From Pseudomonadota bacterium (GTDB lineage: Bacteria > Bdellovibrionota > FAC87 > UBA2466), in assembly GCA_043767805.1 (NCBI GenBank), contig JAYUGC010000176.1, positions 1 through 21,511 of the forward strand: DNA of 21,511 nt, read 5' to 3'. Shown here in pieces: positions 1 to 8,619 of the stretch (its first letter is position 1; each line of letters starts with the position of its first letter). Both the position numbers and the translations under genes were made by a program. Below the pieces are notes generated by a model that was not told the DNA's origin, made no database searches, and was given only the letters and a program-made list of their open reading frames with translations.

Positions 1-747
1 CAAGGCGCCGAAGGTCAGGTCGTAAGTGGATCTCGTCGCTAGGCCGTCGGCGAAAGTGTCCGCGCGGTCCAAATGGATCCGCTCTCCGCGGTGCCAAGAG
101 TCGTGCGAGGCCGCAGCTCCGGCGGCCTGCACTCCGTAGACTTTGAGCGAAGGCCGCAATTGGCGCGCGGCCACGATGGCTCCCACCGCCTGGGAACCGC
201 CGCCCACCGCGACGACGATGGCGTCTAGGTCCGGAACATCCTCGAGCATTTCGAGAGAAAGAGTGCCCGCACCGGCGAGAACATGTTTATTGTTAGTCGA
301 ATGAATTTCCTGAAGGCCGTGCTTCGCCGAGAGCTCCTTCATTACCAAGACAGCTTCGTCGTAGTCTTTTCCCTGCTCGATGAGCTTTGCGCCGAGCGAA
401 CGAATACCAGCGTTCTTCTCGGGATTATTCCCCTTCGGCACACAGATCGTTACCGAAATGCCGAGGAGCTTCCCCGCAAGCGAGACGCCAAGCCCGTGAT
501 TGCCGCGAGTCGCCGCGATGACTCCTCTTTTTCGATCGGCTTCGGAGAGCGCGGTCATGACCGACAACGCATTGCGTACCTTGAAGGCGTTGGTTGGGAG
601 GTGGTTCTCGTGTTTTACCCAAACGCCAGCGTGGCTGCCGACGGCTTCATCCAGTTCCGGATACCTGCGAAAGGCGGTCCGTTTCAAATAAAGAGAAAGT
701 CTCTCCCGCGCCGCCTGGATATCTTCGAACGAGATAGGAAAGTTCAT
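1..747 (-). CDS. PLP-dependent threonine/serine dehydratase (fold type II); 3' end lies outside the window
   Basis: Not in the ORF track; translated by hand from ATG at 747 (ATGA overlap with the thiQ stop): MNFPISFEDIQAARERL...VWVKHENHLPTNAFKVRNA...GVIAATRGNHG...VAVGGGSQ. PLP-lysine motif AFKVR, TRGNHG motif and Gly-rich phosphate loop. Confidence 0.9.
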   Translation of the reverse strand, partial: MNFPISFEDIQAARERLSLYLKRTAFRRYPELDEAVGSHAGVWVKHENHLPTNAFKVRNALSVMTALSEADRKRGVIAATRGNHGLGVSLAGKLLGISVTICVPKGNNPEKNAGIRSLGAKLIEQGKDYDEAVLVMKELSAKHGLQEIHSTNNKHVLAGAGTLSLEMLEDVPDLDAIVVAVGGGSQAVGAIVAARQLRPSLKVYGVQAAGAAASHDSWHRGERIHLDRADTFADGLATRSTYDLTFGAL

Positions 748-1451
748 AAGGTGCCAAAAAGAGTTTCGCGCAGTTTAGGATCGTCGAGATTCATACCTCT
801 CGGGTCCGCGGCCCACATCACCTTTCCCTCGGAAAGGCTGATCGCCTGATCCGCGAGCTCCTTCAAGTCCTCGATGAAATGACTGACGAGCAAAGTGCAG
901 GTTTTCGATTCGGTCACGAGGTCTCTTAGCTTCTGGCGAAGCGAAGCGCGCGTGGACGGATCGAGCGCGGAGAAGGGCTCATCCAAAAGCAGCACGGGAA
1001 AGCGCACGGCCAACGCCCGGGCAATGCCCACTCGCTGCGCTTGTCCGACGGAAACTTCGTGCGGGTAGCGGGCGGAAAGCTCACCAATCTCTAGCCGTTC
1101 GAGCCAGTCTTTCGCCTGCTTTCGTCTCTCGGTCTTACTGACCTTCTGAATCATCAAGCCGTACTCGACGTTCTCACTCACCGTGAGATGAGGAAAGAGC
1201 GCGCCGCGCTGAAAAACCATCGCCATGCGCCGCTTCTCGGGCGGGAGCGGTGTCAGATCGAGAGCTCCATAAGTCACCGTGCCCTGAGACGGCGTGATGA
1301 AGCCCGTCATCGCATTCAAAAGCGTGGTCTTACCCGAGCCGCTTCGGCCAAGAAGGCAAGTGATAGTGCCGGGCTCGAGCTCGAGTTTGGGAACGGTTAC
1401 TTCGAATCCGCCGACTCTAGCCCTCAGATACTCAACTTTGAGCGCGGACAT
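744..1451 (-). CDS. thiQ: ABC transporter ATP-binding subunit, ThiQ-like
   Basis: Walker A GRSGSGKT, Q-loop VFQ, signature VSVGQ, Walker B LLLDEPFS, H-loop VSH; follows thiB/thiP-like genes. Confidence 0.8.
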   Translation of the reverse strand: MSALKVEYLRARVGGFEVTVPKLELEPGTITCLLGRSGSGKTTLLNAMTGFITPSQGTVTYGALDLTPLPPEKRRMAMVFQRGALFPHLTVSENVEYGLMIQKVSKTERRKQAKDWLERLEIGELSARYPHEVSVGQAQRVGIARALAVRFPVLLLDEPFSALDPSTRASLRQKLRDLVTESKTCTLLVSHFIEDLKELADQAISLSEGKVMWAADPRGMNLDDPKLRETLFGTL

Positions 1452-3003
1452 GATCTTCCTCCAAACGGCCGATTCCCCAAAAGAGCGAGGCCATCATCAC
1501 GAGCAGAAGCAAAGCCGCCCCGTACGCTTCCGAAAACTGATAGCGGCCCATCAAACGAAAAATCCAAAGCGGCAACGTCTCATTGTCTTGTCCCAGAAAG
1601 AGCAGAACGGCTCCCACTTCCCCCAAAGAAAAGGAAAGCGCCATGACCAAGCCGAGACCGAGCGTGCGCTTTAGCAAGGGTAACTCTATCGTCGTCAGAA
1701 TCTGCCACGTCGAGGCGCCGAGGGAGGCCGCCGCCGGATAGAGTGCAGCGGGCACCCGACGAAACCCGTCTTGTAGCGTGCGAAAGACCAGAGGCAGCGC
1801 GATGGTCCCTTGAACGATAGCCGCCGGAATCAAGCTGCCCCGAAACCAATCCTGCTTCTCTTTAAGGAGCACGACCCAACCCACGGTGAGGAGCAGAGTC
1901 GAAACCGAAACAGGAAAATTTGCGGCGCCCCCGAGCCACGCCCGAAATGCAGCGGGCTTTCCGCGATGAGCGCCATAGGCCAAGGGCAAGGTAAGTCCGA
2001 GGGAAAAACCACACGCCAGAAGGCCGAGCTTTAAGGATTGCAGAGCCGCGCGCGCTAAAACCCCGTAATCCAAGCTTCCGAGAGAGCGGCCGCCCTCCAC
2101 AACGAGCCCGACGATCGGCACTCCCACTAGAAGGGTAAGGCCCACACCCAAGAGGGCGAGCCAAACGTTGCCGAGCCGATACAGGGGAAACGAGGCCGAG
2201 CGCGCTTCCGCAGGCCGCGGCCCCTGACGGAGAAACGCTACGTACAAAAGGCCCGAGACCACGGCTTGAATCGCGGCAAGACGAACGGCGAGCGCGAGAT
2301 CGAACTCGATTTTGACCGCCTGGTAGATAGCGACTTCCAAAGTCGTGAAACGAGGGCCGCCTCCCAAAAGGAGTACGATGAGAAAGCTCGACGCGCAGTA
2401 AAGAAAGCTCAAGACGAAAGCGGTACGAATCTCGGGAAGGATCCGCCGGAGCGTAATCGTAAAGAAACAATGGACCCGGCTGGCGCCCAGCGACAGCGCC
2501 GCGCGCTCGGGCTCTCGTTCTGTTTCCCCAAGCGCCGTGCCGACTGCTTTTAAATAGAGCGGGAAATTCAAGAAGACGTGACCGAGTAAAATGCCGGGCC
2601 AGCCGTACAAGAGGCCAGGCGGCAAAAAGCGGCCGAGCCATCCCGATTGGCCCCAGATGCCGAGCAGTCCCAAAGCGACCAGAAGTACCGGCAAAGCGAA
2701 GGGTAATAGCGACAAACGCCACAGCGTTTCACGCCCGGGAAAGCGCATCTCGCTATAGACGAGCGCGGCCCCGATGCCGACGAGGCCCGACAAAACGGCG
2801 CTTACCAACGCCTGCCCATAAGTGAAGCCGAGAATATGGAGGAAAAAGCCCTGGCTCCACGGCGCTTCTCCCGGAGGCGTCCCGAGTGCGCCGATTACGA
2901 GACTCGCGACCGGCACCACAAAGACGGCCACAAAACCGACGAGCGCCGAAACGCCGAGGACGGTCGGAAGCGGGCTTTTCGCCTCGACTCCCGGAGCGCT
3001 CAT
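1432..3003 (-). CDS. thiP: ABC transporter permease, ThiP-like (two fused permease domains)
   Basis: Many TM helices with two EAA-type loops (ERAALSLGAS, YPAAASLGAS); LYGWPGILLGHVFLNFP and LLLGGGPRFTTLEVAIYQA are typical of ThiP. Start moved to the ATG at 3003 (ATGA overlap with the thiB stop). Confidence 0.85.
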   Translation of the reverse strand: MSAPGVEAKSPLPTVLGVSALVGFVAVFVVPVASLVIGALGTPPGEAPWSQGFFLHILGFTYGQALVSAVLSGLVGIGAALVYSEMRFPGRETLWRLSLLPFALPVLLVALGLLGIWGQSGWLGRFLPPGLLYGWPGILLGHVFLNFPLYLKAVGTALGETEREPERAALSLGASRVHCFFTITLRRILPEIRTAFVLSFLYCASSFLIVLLLGGGPRFTTLEVAIYQAVKIEFDLALAVRLAAIQAVVSGLLYVAFLRQGPRPAEARSASFPLYRLGNVWLALLGVGLTLLVGVPIVGLVVEGGRSLGSLDYGVLARAALQSLKLGLLACGFSLGLTLPLAYGAHRGKPAAFRAWLGGAANFPVSVSTLLLTVGWVVLLKEKQDWFRGSLIPAAIVQGTIALPLVFRTLQDGFRRVPAALYPAAASLGASTWQILTTIELPLLKRTLGLGLVMALSFSLGEVGAVLLFLGQDNETLPLWIFRLMGRYQFSEAYGAALLLLVMMASLFWGIGRLEEDHVRAQS

Positions 3004-4025
3004 GGACGAATACCGGAAACAACCGACGTCCAATCCTTGAGCCATTCGTTTTTCTTTTTCTGGACTTCGGAAACGTCGGCGACAAGCACCTTACTGACGG
3101 GAGGCAATTTCTTGAAGCTCTCGGGCAGCTCCGTGCCGAGGCGCGCGGGATACATCCACTGGTGCAGCGGGATGCCCTTTTGGACTTCGGCGGAGAGAAG
3201 CGTCTGCATCCACTTTCTCGCCCAATCCTTGCGCACGGAATGGGTGACGACCGCGGCGGCTTCCGTTTGCCGGTAGTTGCCTTCCGGAAAGAGCAGCGCG
3301 CGGATGTTCTCCCGCTTTTCTTTTTCGACGTGGTACGCGGGGCTCGTCGTGTAAGACACCACGAACTTTGCCTCGCCTTTTAGGAACAAGCCGTACGTTC
3401 CGGACCAACCCGGGGCGATGGTCAGAATCTGTGAGGAAAGCGCCTTCCAAAACGAAGAGGCTCCTTCCCCGAACGCGAGCCGCGTCCAGACAAGAAAGCT
3501 CATGCCAATGCTGGAAGTGCGAGGGTCCTGCATCGCCAAGCTCTTTTTAAATTTCGGATCGGCGGCGAGCTCCTTCAAAGAGATTCCCGCCGGCACGTTG
3601 GTACGCAGGCTGTCGTACAAAATGGAAAGGTAGCCGTAATCGAATGGCACGAACTGGCCTTCGGCGTCGAATTTAAGCTGAGGATCGAGTCCTTGCATGA
3701 GCTCGGGCGGCGCTTTGTCGAAGGCGTGCAGATCACGCGCGCGGCCCAAAAGACTTTCGTCGATGCCGAGAAGGATGTCCGCTTTGGTCGCCTTGCCTTC
3801 GAGAGCGATCTGATTGAGCGCTTCGCCCTCGGTCGGAAATCCGACGAAGCGGCAGTCTCCCGAGTATTGCTTCTTGAACTCGGCCTTAATCAGCTCGGCG
3901 AGCGAGCCTTTCCCGGTGAACGCATCGTAAGCGTAGACGACGACTTCTTTGGATGGCTTTGGTGCGGCGTCAGCGACGGCCGGAAGCAGAGCGATTAGCG
4001 GGAGGAGTAGCAACGTCTTCAGCAT
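3000..4025 (-). CDS. thiB: Thiamine ABC transporter substrate-binding protein (ThiB/TbpA)
   Basis: Signal peptide; VYAYDAF, PFDYGY, QDPRTSSIG, PGWSGTYGLFLKGE, VSYTTSPAYH and QWMYP motifs of ThiB; AGGAGG upstream of the ATG. Confidence 0.9.
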   Translation of the reverse strand: MLKTLLLLPLIALLPAVADAAPKPSKEVVVYAYDAFTGKGSLAELIKAEFKKQYSGDCRFVGFPTEGEALNQIALEGKATKADILLGIDESLLGRARDLHAFDKAPPELMQGLDPQLKFDAEGQFVPFDYGYLSILYDSLRTNVPAGISLKELAADPKFKKSLAMQDPRTSSIGMSFLVWTRLAFGEGASSFWKALSSQILTIAPGWSGTYGLFLKGEAKFVVSYTTSPAYHVEKEKRENIRALLFPEGNYRQTEAAAVVTHSVRKDWARKWMQTLLSAEVQKGIPLHQWMYPARLGTELPESFKKLPPVSKVLVADVSEVQKKKNEWLKDWTSVVSGIRP

Positions 4026-4455
4026 GGTAAGGCCTCCTGGGAGTGGCCGATACCATAGCTAGACCCACACGGGCCGTCAAAATGAGAATCAGGCAGCCCA
4101 AGGACGCCATGAAGGCGAAAAACCACCGTGAGCTCGCTTCGAAACGGGTCTTCAGACGCTCGCACGTCATCACGCCGTTCTCGACGAGATGGCGGCCAGA
4201 GGCTCCCGCGCTCGCGGTCTCGAGCCAGCGGTGCGTCGTCTGAAAATTGTCCCGCAAAACGGAAACACCCTGTTCGAGAGACCAGAGTCCGGAGGCAAGC
4301 TCGCGCACGGCCGTCGGTAGCCGAGCCCGATGACTCGCCTGTACCGCCTCTAAGGCCTGTAGACACTCATTCCAGCGATCGAGCTCGCTCGCTCCGCCCA
4401 ACGGGCCACTCACCGCGATGAGACCCGCGGCGGCTATGATCCAGAAGGCTTTCAT
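3970..4455 (-). CDS. Hypothetical membrane-anchored protein (signal peptide, helical domain, C-terminal TM helix)
   Basis: ATGA-coupled to the prmA stop; hydrophobic N-terminus and a WFFAFMASLGCLILIL segment; fills the prmA-thiB gap and overlaps thiB by 56 nt. Confidence 0.6.
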   Translation of the reverse strand: MKAFWIIAAAGLIAVSGPLGGASELDRWNECLQALEAVQASHRARLPTAVRELASGLWSLEQGVSVLRDNFQTTHRWLETASAGASGRHLVENGVMTCERLKTRFEASSRWFFAFMASLGCLILILTARVGLAMVSATPRRPYHAEDVATPPANRSASGRR

Positions 4456-5330
4456 GGATTACGCCGGTAGGCCGCCGCCGACCATTCTCCGTTCGACTGA
4501 GTTTCCTCGCGCGTGAAGCCAACTCCGGTAAAGAGAGCTTCGACCTCGGGGAGCTGATGGGTCAGAAGGCCGGAGAGTAAGACGCGGCCTTCGGGCTTTA
4601 AAAGCTTATGGTAGAGCTTCACCAGCATCACGTGCACTTCGAGCAAAATATTGGAAACGATTAGATCGACCGTTCCCTTCACCTGAGACAACTCGCCCGC
4701 GTATAGGTGAATGTGCTTGCAGTCGTTCAATTTCAAATTGTCGATGGCGACTTCCGCGGCAATGGGATCGTTGTCCATCGCCTCGATGTGCTTCACGCCG
4801 AGTTTTTCGCCGACGATGGCCAAAATTCCGGTGCCCGTGCCGACATCGACGAGCTTCATCGTATCCAGATGCTGGGAGTCCTTGAGAGCCCGTTCCATCA
4901 GATGCATCGCGAGCTGAGTACTCGGATGAAGGCCCGTGCCGAACGCTTGGCCCAAGTCCATTACGATGGGGGTCATGCCCATGGGCACTTCCGTCGTCTT
5001 GTCCCAAGCGGGAAGCAGGAAGAAATGATGGGAAAGCTTTTGCGCTTTATAGAACTCCTTATGGAGCTCGACCCAGTTCGCGTCTTGAACCGCCGCAAGC
5101 TCGGGCTTCGCGAACACGGGAAGGGAAAACATCTGAGACAGCGAATCTATATAGACGCCGATGTCCCGCAACGCTCCTGGCGCGGACTTGCCATCGAAGT
5201 AACCGACCAGATGGGACGCCGTGCCCTTATCGGTGTCGGAAACGCCGCGTGCTCCGAGCTCGAAGAGACGGTTAGACACCGCTTCTTTACGTTCCCCGTC
5301 CACCACTACTCGAATCTCGAACCACTCCAC
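4452..5330 (-). CDS. prmA: Ribosomal protein L11 methyltransferase
   Basis: GQAFGTGLHPST, SAM motif VDVGTGTGILAI, DNDP, VSNIL, LSGLL, GEW; GTG start with AAGGTGA upstream. Confidence 0.92.
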   Translation of the reverse strand: MEWFEIRVVVDGERKEAVSNRLFELGARGVSDTDKGTASHLVGYFDGKSAPGALRDIGVYIDSLSQMFSLPVFAKPELAAVQDANWVELHKEFYKAQKLSHHFFLLPAWDKTTEVPMGMTPIVMDLGQAFGTGLHPSTQLAMHLMERALKDSQHLDTMKLVDVGTGTGILAIVGEKLGVKHIEAMDNDPIAAEVAIDNLKLNDCKHIHLYAGELSQVKGTVDLIVSNILLEVHVMLVKLYHKLLKPEGRVLLSGLLTHQLPEVEALFTGVGFTREETQSNGEWSAAAYRRNP

Positions 5331-5339
5331 GACTCACCT

Positions 5340-6659
5340 TTACTGTTTGGGCATCTGAGGCTCGTCGTCAGGGTCGCCGCCCTTTGGCTTGTCGTCCCCG
5401 CTCTTGCCGAGCTTGTCCTCGAGGGTGGCCAATCGGCGCGCGGCCTTGGTCAATTCCTCGGGCTCCCGTATTAGCTCGACGGCCTTCCGCCAAGCATCCC
5501 GGGCTTTCTTGTACTCGCGCTTGCTCTCCAGTGCAAAGGCAAGCCACGCCCAATTCATGCCGTTTTGCGGTTCGACGCTCGTGGCCTGCAGAAAATTGCC
5601 GCCCGCCTGGTCCACCAGCTTCAAGTTCACGTAGCAGATACCCAGCTCGCGGAAAGCCGCGCCTTCCGGCGGGTTTTCGTTGGTGTATTTGAGCAGATCG
5701 GCCATCGCTTTGTCGTACTTGGCGAGATTGCGGTACACGATGCCGCGGCGAAGAAGAACGGCGCCCGTCGCCTTTTTATCGGGACTCATTTGCTCGATTT
5801 GCTGGAGCGCCTCTTTGTACTGCTTGGCCTCCATGAGCTTGTCGATGAGCTTAGTGACGTAGCGATTGAGCTTCTCGTTCGCCGCCGGAGATTTCGGATT
5901 GATGGCGATGGCTTTCTGCCAATATTTGATCGCGTCGCCGAGCTTTCCTTTGCGCTCGTAGAGATTACCCATCTGCTCGAGCACGCCGGCATCCGCCTTA
6001 TTCAAGCGATAGCACTCGGCGAGCCACTTCGCCGCGTCCCGTTCGTTGCCGGCATTCACCGATAAAATGGCGAGGTTATAGCGGCTGGCAAGATTTTTCG
6101 GCCAGAGGATCGACGTCTTTTCCAAATGCGTTTTCGCGCGGTTTAAATCCCCGCGGGCGAGATAGAAACGGCCGAGGCCCCAGTGCGCGATGCCGCTGCT
6201 CGGTTTCTTGTCGACCACGTCTTTGTAAATAAAGGCCGCGGTATCGAGCTGCCCTTGCGCTTCGTAGAACTCGGCTTGGGTCTCACTCACCCGCACGGCG
6301 ATGCCGGATCCCTTCACCTGGGACGAAAGCGCGCTCAAAGCGACGCGGGCCTTATCGAACTCTTTTTTGGCAACATGCGAGTAGGCCACCAGTAGCTGGT
6401 ACTCGGGCAAGGCGAAGTTCGCCCGCAGCCGGTCCATGAGCTTTTCGGCCGCCTCGATGCGGTTCGTGCGGTAGTAAACCCAGGCACAATCGATGAAATT
6501 GTCGCGATCGTAAGTCCCCAGAACCTCGAATTGGCGGCACACAGCAATGGCTTCGTCGAGGCGGTTTTCCTCCAGCATGCGGCGCGCGGGGCGAGCTCCC
6601 AGCGCCACTCCAGTCCAGGCGGATGCCCAAATCAGAGCTATTTGTACCCAATATCGCAT
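5340..6659 (-). CDS. Exported tetratricopeptide-repeat protein
   Basis: Signal-peptide-like N-terminus; multiple TPR units (AHWGLGRFY..., VLEQMGNLY...AIKYWQKAIAINP, AFRELGICY...); low-complexity C-terminal tail. Confidence 0.85.
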   Translation of the reverse strand: MRYWVQIALIWASAWTGVALGARPARRMLEENRLDEAIAVCRQFEVLGTYDRDNFIDCAWVYYRTNRIEAAEKLMDRLRANFALPEYQLLVAYSHVAKKEFDKARVALSALSSQVKGSGIAVRVSETQAEFYEAQGQLDTAAFIYKDVVDKKPSSGIAHWGLGRFYLARGDLNRAKTHLEKTSILWPKNLASRYNLAILSVNAGNERDAAKWLAECYRLNKADAGVLEQMGNLYERKGKLGDAIKYWQKAIAINPKSPAANEKLNRYVTKLIDKLMEAKQYKEALQQIEQMSPDKKATGAVLLRRGIVYRNLAKYDKAMADLLKYTNENPPEGAAFRELGICYVNLKLVDQAGGNFLQATSVEPQNGMNWAWLAFALESKREYKKARDAWRKAVELIREPEELTKAARRLATLEDKLGKSGDDKPKGGDPDDEPQMPKQ

Positions 6660-6678
6660 AGTTAAACTGGCCTACCCT

Positions 6679-6727
6679 GTCCTAGGTCTAGGACTAGGGG
6701 AGGTCCATTAGGAAAGATCGTCCTAAT
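6679..6727. promoter_or_regulatory. Two inverted repeats in the divergent TPR/NtrC intergenic region (candidate operator or UAS sites)
   Basis: GTCCTAG-gt-CTAGGAC (6679-6694) and ATTAGGA-N7-TCCTAAT (6707-6727); both are built from TCCTA/TAGGA half-sites. Confidence 0.4.
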
Positions 6728-6796
6728 TCGGCTTTTTCTTGAGCCATTCCGGCAGGCACTTTGACTCGGCGCAACACTTTGCGTTAAACCCAGGCC

Positions 6797-8137
6797 ATGC
6801 CCATCCGGCCGGAAATCGTCGTGGTGGACGACGACCCCATTGCCCTGCAGACCATCAAAATGGTCCTGAGCGAGGAGTTCGGCGTTCACTGTTTTACTCG
6901 TCCCGCGGACGCCGAGGACACCTTGCGCCGCCGGGAAGTGGATCTCGCCGTGCTGGACCTGAACATCTCCGACCAATCGGGGCTCGACGTGCTTCGCCAC
7001 TGGCGCGGGAAATTTCCGGAGCTCGAGATCGTTTTTTGTAGCGGCGAAACGAAAGTCGCTCGCGCCATTCAGTGCTTGCGGGAGGGCGCTTCCGATTTCG
7101 TGGTGAAGCCGTTCGACCGCCAGGATCTTCTGCTCATCGTCCGCCGGGTTCTCGAAAAAAGTCAGCTCAAGCGCCGGGTCGAAAAGCTCGCGCCCATGGT
7201 GCACCCTCAACCGATGCCGTTCATCGGATCGGCGCCGGTCATCCGCGAGCTTCTGGACAAAGTGGAGAAGCTCCGCGGACAGCCGCACCTCAACGTTTTG
7301 ATCTTGGGTGAGAGCGGAACGGGCAAAGAGCTCGTTGCCCGTCTTCTTCACCAGGAAACCGCGGAAACGCCGCGGCCATTCGTCATCGTCAACACTCCTG
7401 CTATCCCGGCGAATCTCATGGAGGCCGAACTATTTGGCGTCATGAAGGGCGCGTACACGGACGCGAAAACGTCGCGCGCGGGAAAGTTCGAGCTCGCCGA
7501 TGGAGGCGACGTTTTCCTGGACGAGATTGGCGATCTTCCTTTCGAGACCCAGGCAAAAATGCTGCGCACGCTTCAAGATCGCACCGTCGAGCGCATCGGC
7601 TCCGGCAAAGCGAGACAAGTCAGTTTCCGCGTCATCTCGGCGACAAACCAGCCTTTGGGCCAGCTCATCGAGCTGGGCCGGTTCCGCGAAGACTTGCTCT
7701 ATCGCCTGAGTGACGTGGTGCTTCGCCTTCCGACTCTTGCCGAAAGGCGGGAAGACATTCCGCTCTTGGCCGAGCATTTTCTAAAAAAGCACGCCCGCGG
7801 CCCGGTGCCGGCGCTTTCCGAAGCGGCTCTCAAACAGCTCAGGGATTTCTCGTGGCCGGGTAACGTGCGCCAGCTCGAATCGACGTTAAAGCGCGCCCTC
7901 GCCTTTCATCGGGGAGGCGCCATCGAGCAAGTCGATTGCTACGACGCGAGTCTCTTCGGCGCTCGCGCCGATCGTCCCAAAGCGCTCGTCCAGTCCCTGG
8001 ACGATACCGAGAAAAGACTCATCGCCGAGGCCCTGGGTCGCAACGGCGGCAACCGCGCGGCCGCTCTCTCCGAGCTCAAGATGTCGCGCGCGACTTTCTA
8101 TCGCCGCGTTCAGCAGCTGAGCATCCCGCTCAAGTAG
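6797..8137 (+). CDS. Sigma54-dependent response regulator (NtrC/AtoC family: REC, AAA+, Fis-type HTH)
   Basis: REC domain (VVDDD, LDL, KPF); Walker A GESGTGKE; ELFG..KGAYTDA; Walker B FLDEIGD; FREDLLYRL; WPGNVRQLE; C-terminal HTH MSRATFYRRV. Confidence 0.95.
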   Translation: MPIRPEIVVVDDDPIALQTIKMVLSEEFGVHCFTRPADAEDTLRRREVDLAVLDLNISDQSGLDVLRHWRGKFPELEIVFCSGETKVARAIQCLREGASDFVVKPFDRQDLLLIVRRVLEKSQLKRRVEKLAPMVHPQPMPFIGSAPVIRELLDKVEKLRGQPHLNVLILGESGTGKELVARLLHQETAETPRPFVIVNTPAIPANLMEAELFGVMKGAYTDAKTSRAGKFELADGGDVFLDEIGDLPFETQAKMLRTLQDRTVERIGSGKARQVSFRVISATNQPLGQLIELGRFREDLLYRLSDVVLRLPTLAERREDIPLLAEHFLKKHARGPVPALSEAALKQLRDFSWPGNVRQLESTLKRALAFHRGGAIEQVDCYDASLFGARADRPKALVQSLDDTEKRLIAEALGRNGGNRAAALSELKMSRATFYRRVQQLSIPLK

Positions 8138-8158
8138 GCTTAGGCTAAGAGCCGATAA
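8130..8158 (+). promoter_or_regulatory. Possible sigma28 (FliA)-type promoter for the 8167 ORF
   Basis: Perfect -10 GCCGATAA (8151-8158) with TCAAG at 8130-8134; the 16-nt spacer is slightly longer than canonical. Confidence 0.35.
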
Positions 8159-8166
8159 GACTAGGC

Positions 8167-8619
8167 ATGCGTCTAATTCTCATCTCTGTTTTGTGTCTCG
8201 GCCTAAACGTTTCCCTTCACGCCGAGAGCGGAAAGGTAAACCCTTTCGGCTTGGCGACTCAGTATCCGGGTCCCGCCGGCATTCTCTTCCCGGGCCTTGC
8301 GACGGCGGCAGCGATAAATCCCGCGGCGCTCGGCTTCTTCGATAGAAGCACGGCCATTCAGCTCGCTTACGGACCTCCCGGACAGTCAGGCGACGTGCAC
8401 CGCTACTTCGCTTCCGTGGGGACGAGCAAAAAAGGAGTGGGATTCGGCGCGGGCCTAAACGGCAGCGTACAGAACGGAGACTTCAGTAACGGCGCCTTCG
8501 CGGGAGTCGGTTTCGATTTCGAAAAAGTCGCCCTTGTTTTGACCGTGCGGGAAAATAACCTCTCTGGGCCGTTTTCCCCGAGCATCGACTTCGGCATTCT
8601 CTTTGGCAAAGGAGCTTAG
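8167..8619 (+). CDS. Exported outer-membrane-protein-like ORF, possibly truncated
   Basis: Signal peptide (…VSLHA), INPAAL motif, then alternating Gly/aromatic beta-strand segments; only 150 aa; stop overlaps the stop of the convergent gene. Confidence 0.6.
   Translation: MRLILISVLCLGLNVSLHAESGKVNPFGLATQYPGPAGILFPGLATAAAINPAALGFFDRSTAIQLAYGPPGQSGDVHRYFASVGTSKKGVGFGAGLNGSVQNGDFSNGAFAGVGFDFEKVALVLTVRENNLSGPFSPSIDFGILFGKGA

Noticed and set aside
283..849. 188-aa plus-strand ORF
   Set aside because: Antisense shadow of the minus-strand dehydratase and thiQ, which carry clear motifs.
4026..4455. TPP riboswitch upstream of thiB (a CCTGAT occurs on the minus strand near 4088-4093)
   Set aside because: The other conserved TPP elements are absent, and the region is a coupled ORF.
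6766..6784. Sigma54-like TCGGCGCAACACTTTGCGT upstream of the NtrC-family gene
   Set aside because: GG-to-GC spacing is 11 nt, not the required 10.
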